Source: Callorhinchus milii (Eukaryota). Taken from it: DNA of 64,000 nt. The stretch is taken from the NCBI RefSeq assembly GCF_018977255.1, contig NW_024704743.1:18416001-18480000 (forward strand), given 5' to 3'. Below the pieces are notes generated by a model that saw nothing but the letters and a program-made list of their open reading frames with translations, searched no databases and was not told the origin of the DNA. Both the position numbers and the translations under genes were made by a program. Numbering within the stretch: the stretch's first letter is position 1; each line of letters opens with the position of its first letter. This document shows, in pieces, positions 61,249 through 64,000 of the stretch.

Positions 61249-64000
61249 CCACAGTACTGTTAAGTCTCACCTGAAGGATGACTCCTTCAACAATGTAGTG
61301 CTCCCATTCCATAATGTCAGCAATGAATCATGAACTCAAAGTCCCGAACAGGATCTGAACCCAGAGGTCAGATTTTTTTACCAACTGAACCAGACTGACT
61401 TTGTGAAACAGAACAGACTATCTTTGTGCCAACTTTTCATTTCAAGTGTACTTTATTAACATCACAACCATTTGTAATGCCACAGAAGTTATTTATTCAA
61501 ACCTTGCATTTCATGGTGTGCCTTATAGCTTTCAGTACAGTATTTAAACACATTTAAGAACTTCACTCTTCTCCGAATTCTCAATCTAAAATTGCAAATA
61601 TATCAGCCTTCACATATATCTTTAAAGTTTGAGCAGAGTTGGGTTTACTCCAAGATTACCTTTATGTGTTGGTTTGTTTGAAAGTACGGATACAAAAAGC
61701 CTTTATTGATGTTTGAAGCCTTTGCCTTTGAACATTAATATATTAATGGTATGGTTCATGATCACCAAACTTGTATTTTGATCATATAACTTCACATGAG
61801 CACAACATCACATGATCCAAAAGCTTTCCAGCAGAACATTGTTTTTCTCTTTCTTTTCTTGACTGATCCTTTTAAATGGTTCAATTAATCTGTAAATTGT
61901 ATATATAATTTATTGTGCCCAAACCATTCATTCATTCATCATCATAATAATCCTTGCATTTAATATAAAAAATCTATAACACTTTCCCAGGTGATCACTG
62001 TCAAGAGCAATGAGTGTGGAATCGTAGGAAAACTGGTCAGCCAATATGCACACAGCAAGTTCCCACAAATGGCCATGAAGTAAATTATTAATTTATCCGG
62101 AGGACTTTTAGTCAGGACACTGGGTGGACTTTTGGTCATGATACTCTCCTCCTTTTGAATACAGTATTGTCACAGAATCACTAATGTTCAAGGCAGACAG
62201 GGACTTGGTTTCATATAACATCTGAGAACAATACCTGTGACAATGCAACACTCACCAGTAATGTAGTGGAGCATAAATTTAGTTTATGAGCTCAAGTCCC
62301 AACATGAAGTTCAAATCTATAACTTTTTTTTCAAACCAGACGATATCTCTCTTGCGCACAGTGATACAATTCATGTCTTTATGCCCACATGATTTTTTAC
62401 ATCAATAATTTCTAAGTGGAGATGGCTAGGGTGCAGTTCAGATCTACTAGAATAATTACAACATCAAGATGACAACGTGCATTTATATATCGCCCTTTAC
62501 ATAGGGTAATGATTTGGAAAGAGGACGGGGAGGCCATGGGCACAGTTGAAGAGGTAGGATTTGAGGTGGGACGTAAAGACAGAAAGAGAGGGGGTGAGAC
62601 GGAATGGTGCAGCAAGGTACTTTCAGCATGTTCAAGTTGGCTGATCAGAGGGTGTCAGTGAAGGAGAAAGTTAGGAGAAAAACTGAGAGATAAGGAGGTG
62701 TTCGGTGGAAGGAAAGGCTAGAAGGAAGATGAATAAAAGTTCACTACCAGATATTGGCAATAAGAGGTTGTTTCTCCCTCTTGGAGTGTTATTATTTGGT
62801 CCAACATTGCTAATGAGGGTGAATGGGCAGAGTTTGCCCAGGAAGCGGGACAATGGTCCTGATTGATGTAACATTTGGTGCCTAACAGTTTGGTTACCGC
62901 AAGATAACCAAGGATTTTCCGTCTTCAGGCGTCAAAATAAGATAACTACGTTTTGTAGTTATCCCACTACACCCTCGGTATATCATAATAATAATAAATA
63001 ATAATAATCCCTGCATTTGATATCATGACTTATCATTTTGTTGAGATGTCTCAAAGTGCTTCACGTGGTATACCGTAAAGTGGATTGACTGGGTATTTTG
63101 TGGGCGAAACATGAAAAAAAACAAATTCCTGCACGGTGAAGGCACATAACATAGGGATGTACCCTGTGTGCGGAAAGGTGATTGAATGAACCAGTTCAGG
63201 AATATGATTGAATAATCGAGTTGCGAACTCTAATGGGTAAACTAACTTCTGGCTCCACCCTTTTGACACAGTTGGCCAAAGACAATGCCACACTTCTCCC
63301 AGAGAAGGTAAAATGATCAATTGCCAATCTCTGAGTTAGTCGCTACTATATGAAGCTATCTTATTATAGATTTGTTATAACTGTACTTGACTGTTCTTGT
63401 TACCATTGTATTGTGAATTAAGTAAATGATTGATTGATTGAACCATTACTAGTGTGGTCAATGTCTTGCAAGTATCCTACACAGGGTGTAGATGGATTTG
63501 TGGGTGACGATGAAAACTTGTGGTGGAGATCTGTTCTGACCAGTCCTTGGGAAGGCCTTCCAAAGTGATCATGTCTGATAAGCTTGTAACTGACCAGAGT
63601 GAGCATTGTGTGCATGTTTGGGGAGGGGGCAGGTTGTTTGAAAGTAGAACATTTCCTCTGATGAGGTCAGGTTAAGGCAATTGCAGATGTTAGTGGCCAA
63701 AAGTGACAAGTGTGAAGAGAGTCCTTGATTAATTCTAAATGGACCACATGTATTGGTGGTATGTCCTTACTTTGATGCAAGCCTGTCTCACGATCTGATG
63801 GTTAGGTGTTATTTGGTATATGCTAATGAGGGCAAAAACCTTTCAGCAGTATAATTTTATGAAAGTTGGAGCCAAGAAGTCTGGATGAAAGAAGGTATTG
63901 GAAGATTTTATGACTTCAGGTGTTAAAGCAATTCTGCAAGGATTGCAAGGGGTCAGGTTTGAGTTATATTGTTGATGAATGGTTTTTACGTCAATCAGTT

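Noticed and set aside
61250..64000. Short ORFs at the right end as exons of a next gene
   Set aside because: No recognisable protein motifs or convincing exons; the sequence looks like old SINE and LINE debris.

Overview
Repeat-rich vertebrate genomic DNA; the Deu-type SINE, L2 and CR1 content suggests a cartilaginous fish (inference). At the left end, coding exon 1 of TRDMT1/DNMT2 lies on the minus strand (742-640) in a CpG island. Two complete 9-exon type III intermediate-filament genes follow in tandem on the plus strand, transcribed away from TRDMT1. Copy B (41263-55495, 462 aa) is vimentin: it has a CpG-island promoter, an SYRRLF head motif, the vimentin 3'UTR element and TRDMT1 synteny. 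Copy A (7109-34604, 458 aa) is an intact but strongly diverged vimentin paralogue. It lacks the CpG island, the head motif and the tail (R/Q)DG motif, and has gained a His cluster in coil 2 and an acidic tail. Both copies replace the conserved type III cysteine with Ser. They also share non-coding sequence: the core promoter, a CTCF-like 19-mer, a TEAD-motif block in intron 2 and the 3'UTR. The rest of the window is SINEs, L2/CR1 fragments, simple repeats and a decayed Helitron (about 57010-60580). Exon boundaries were read by eye; comparisons with human proteins and UTRs are from memory, not database searches.
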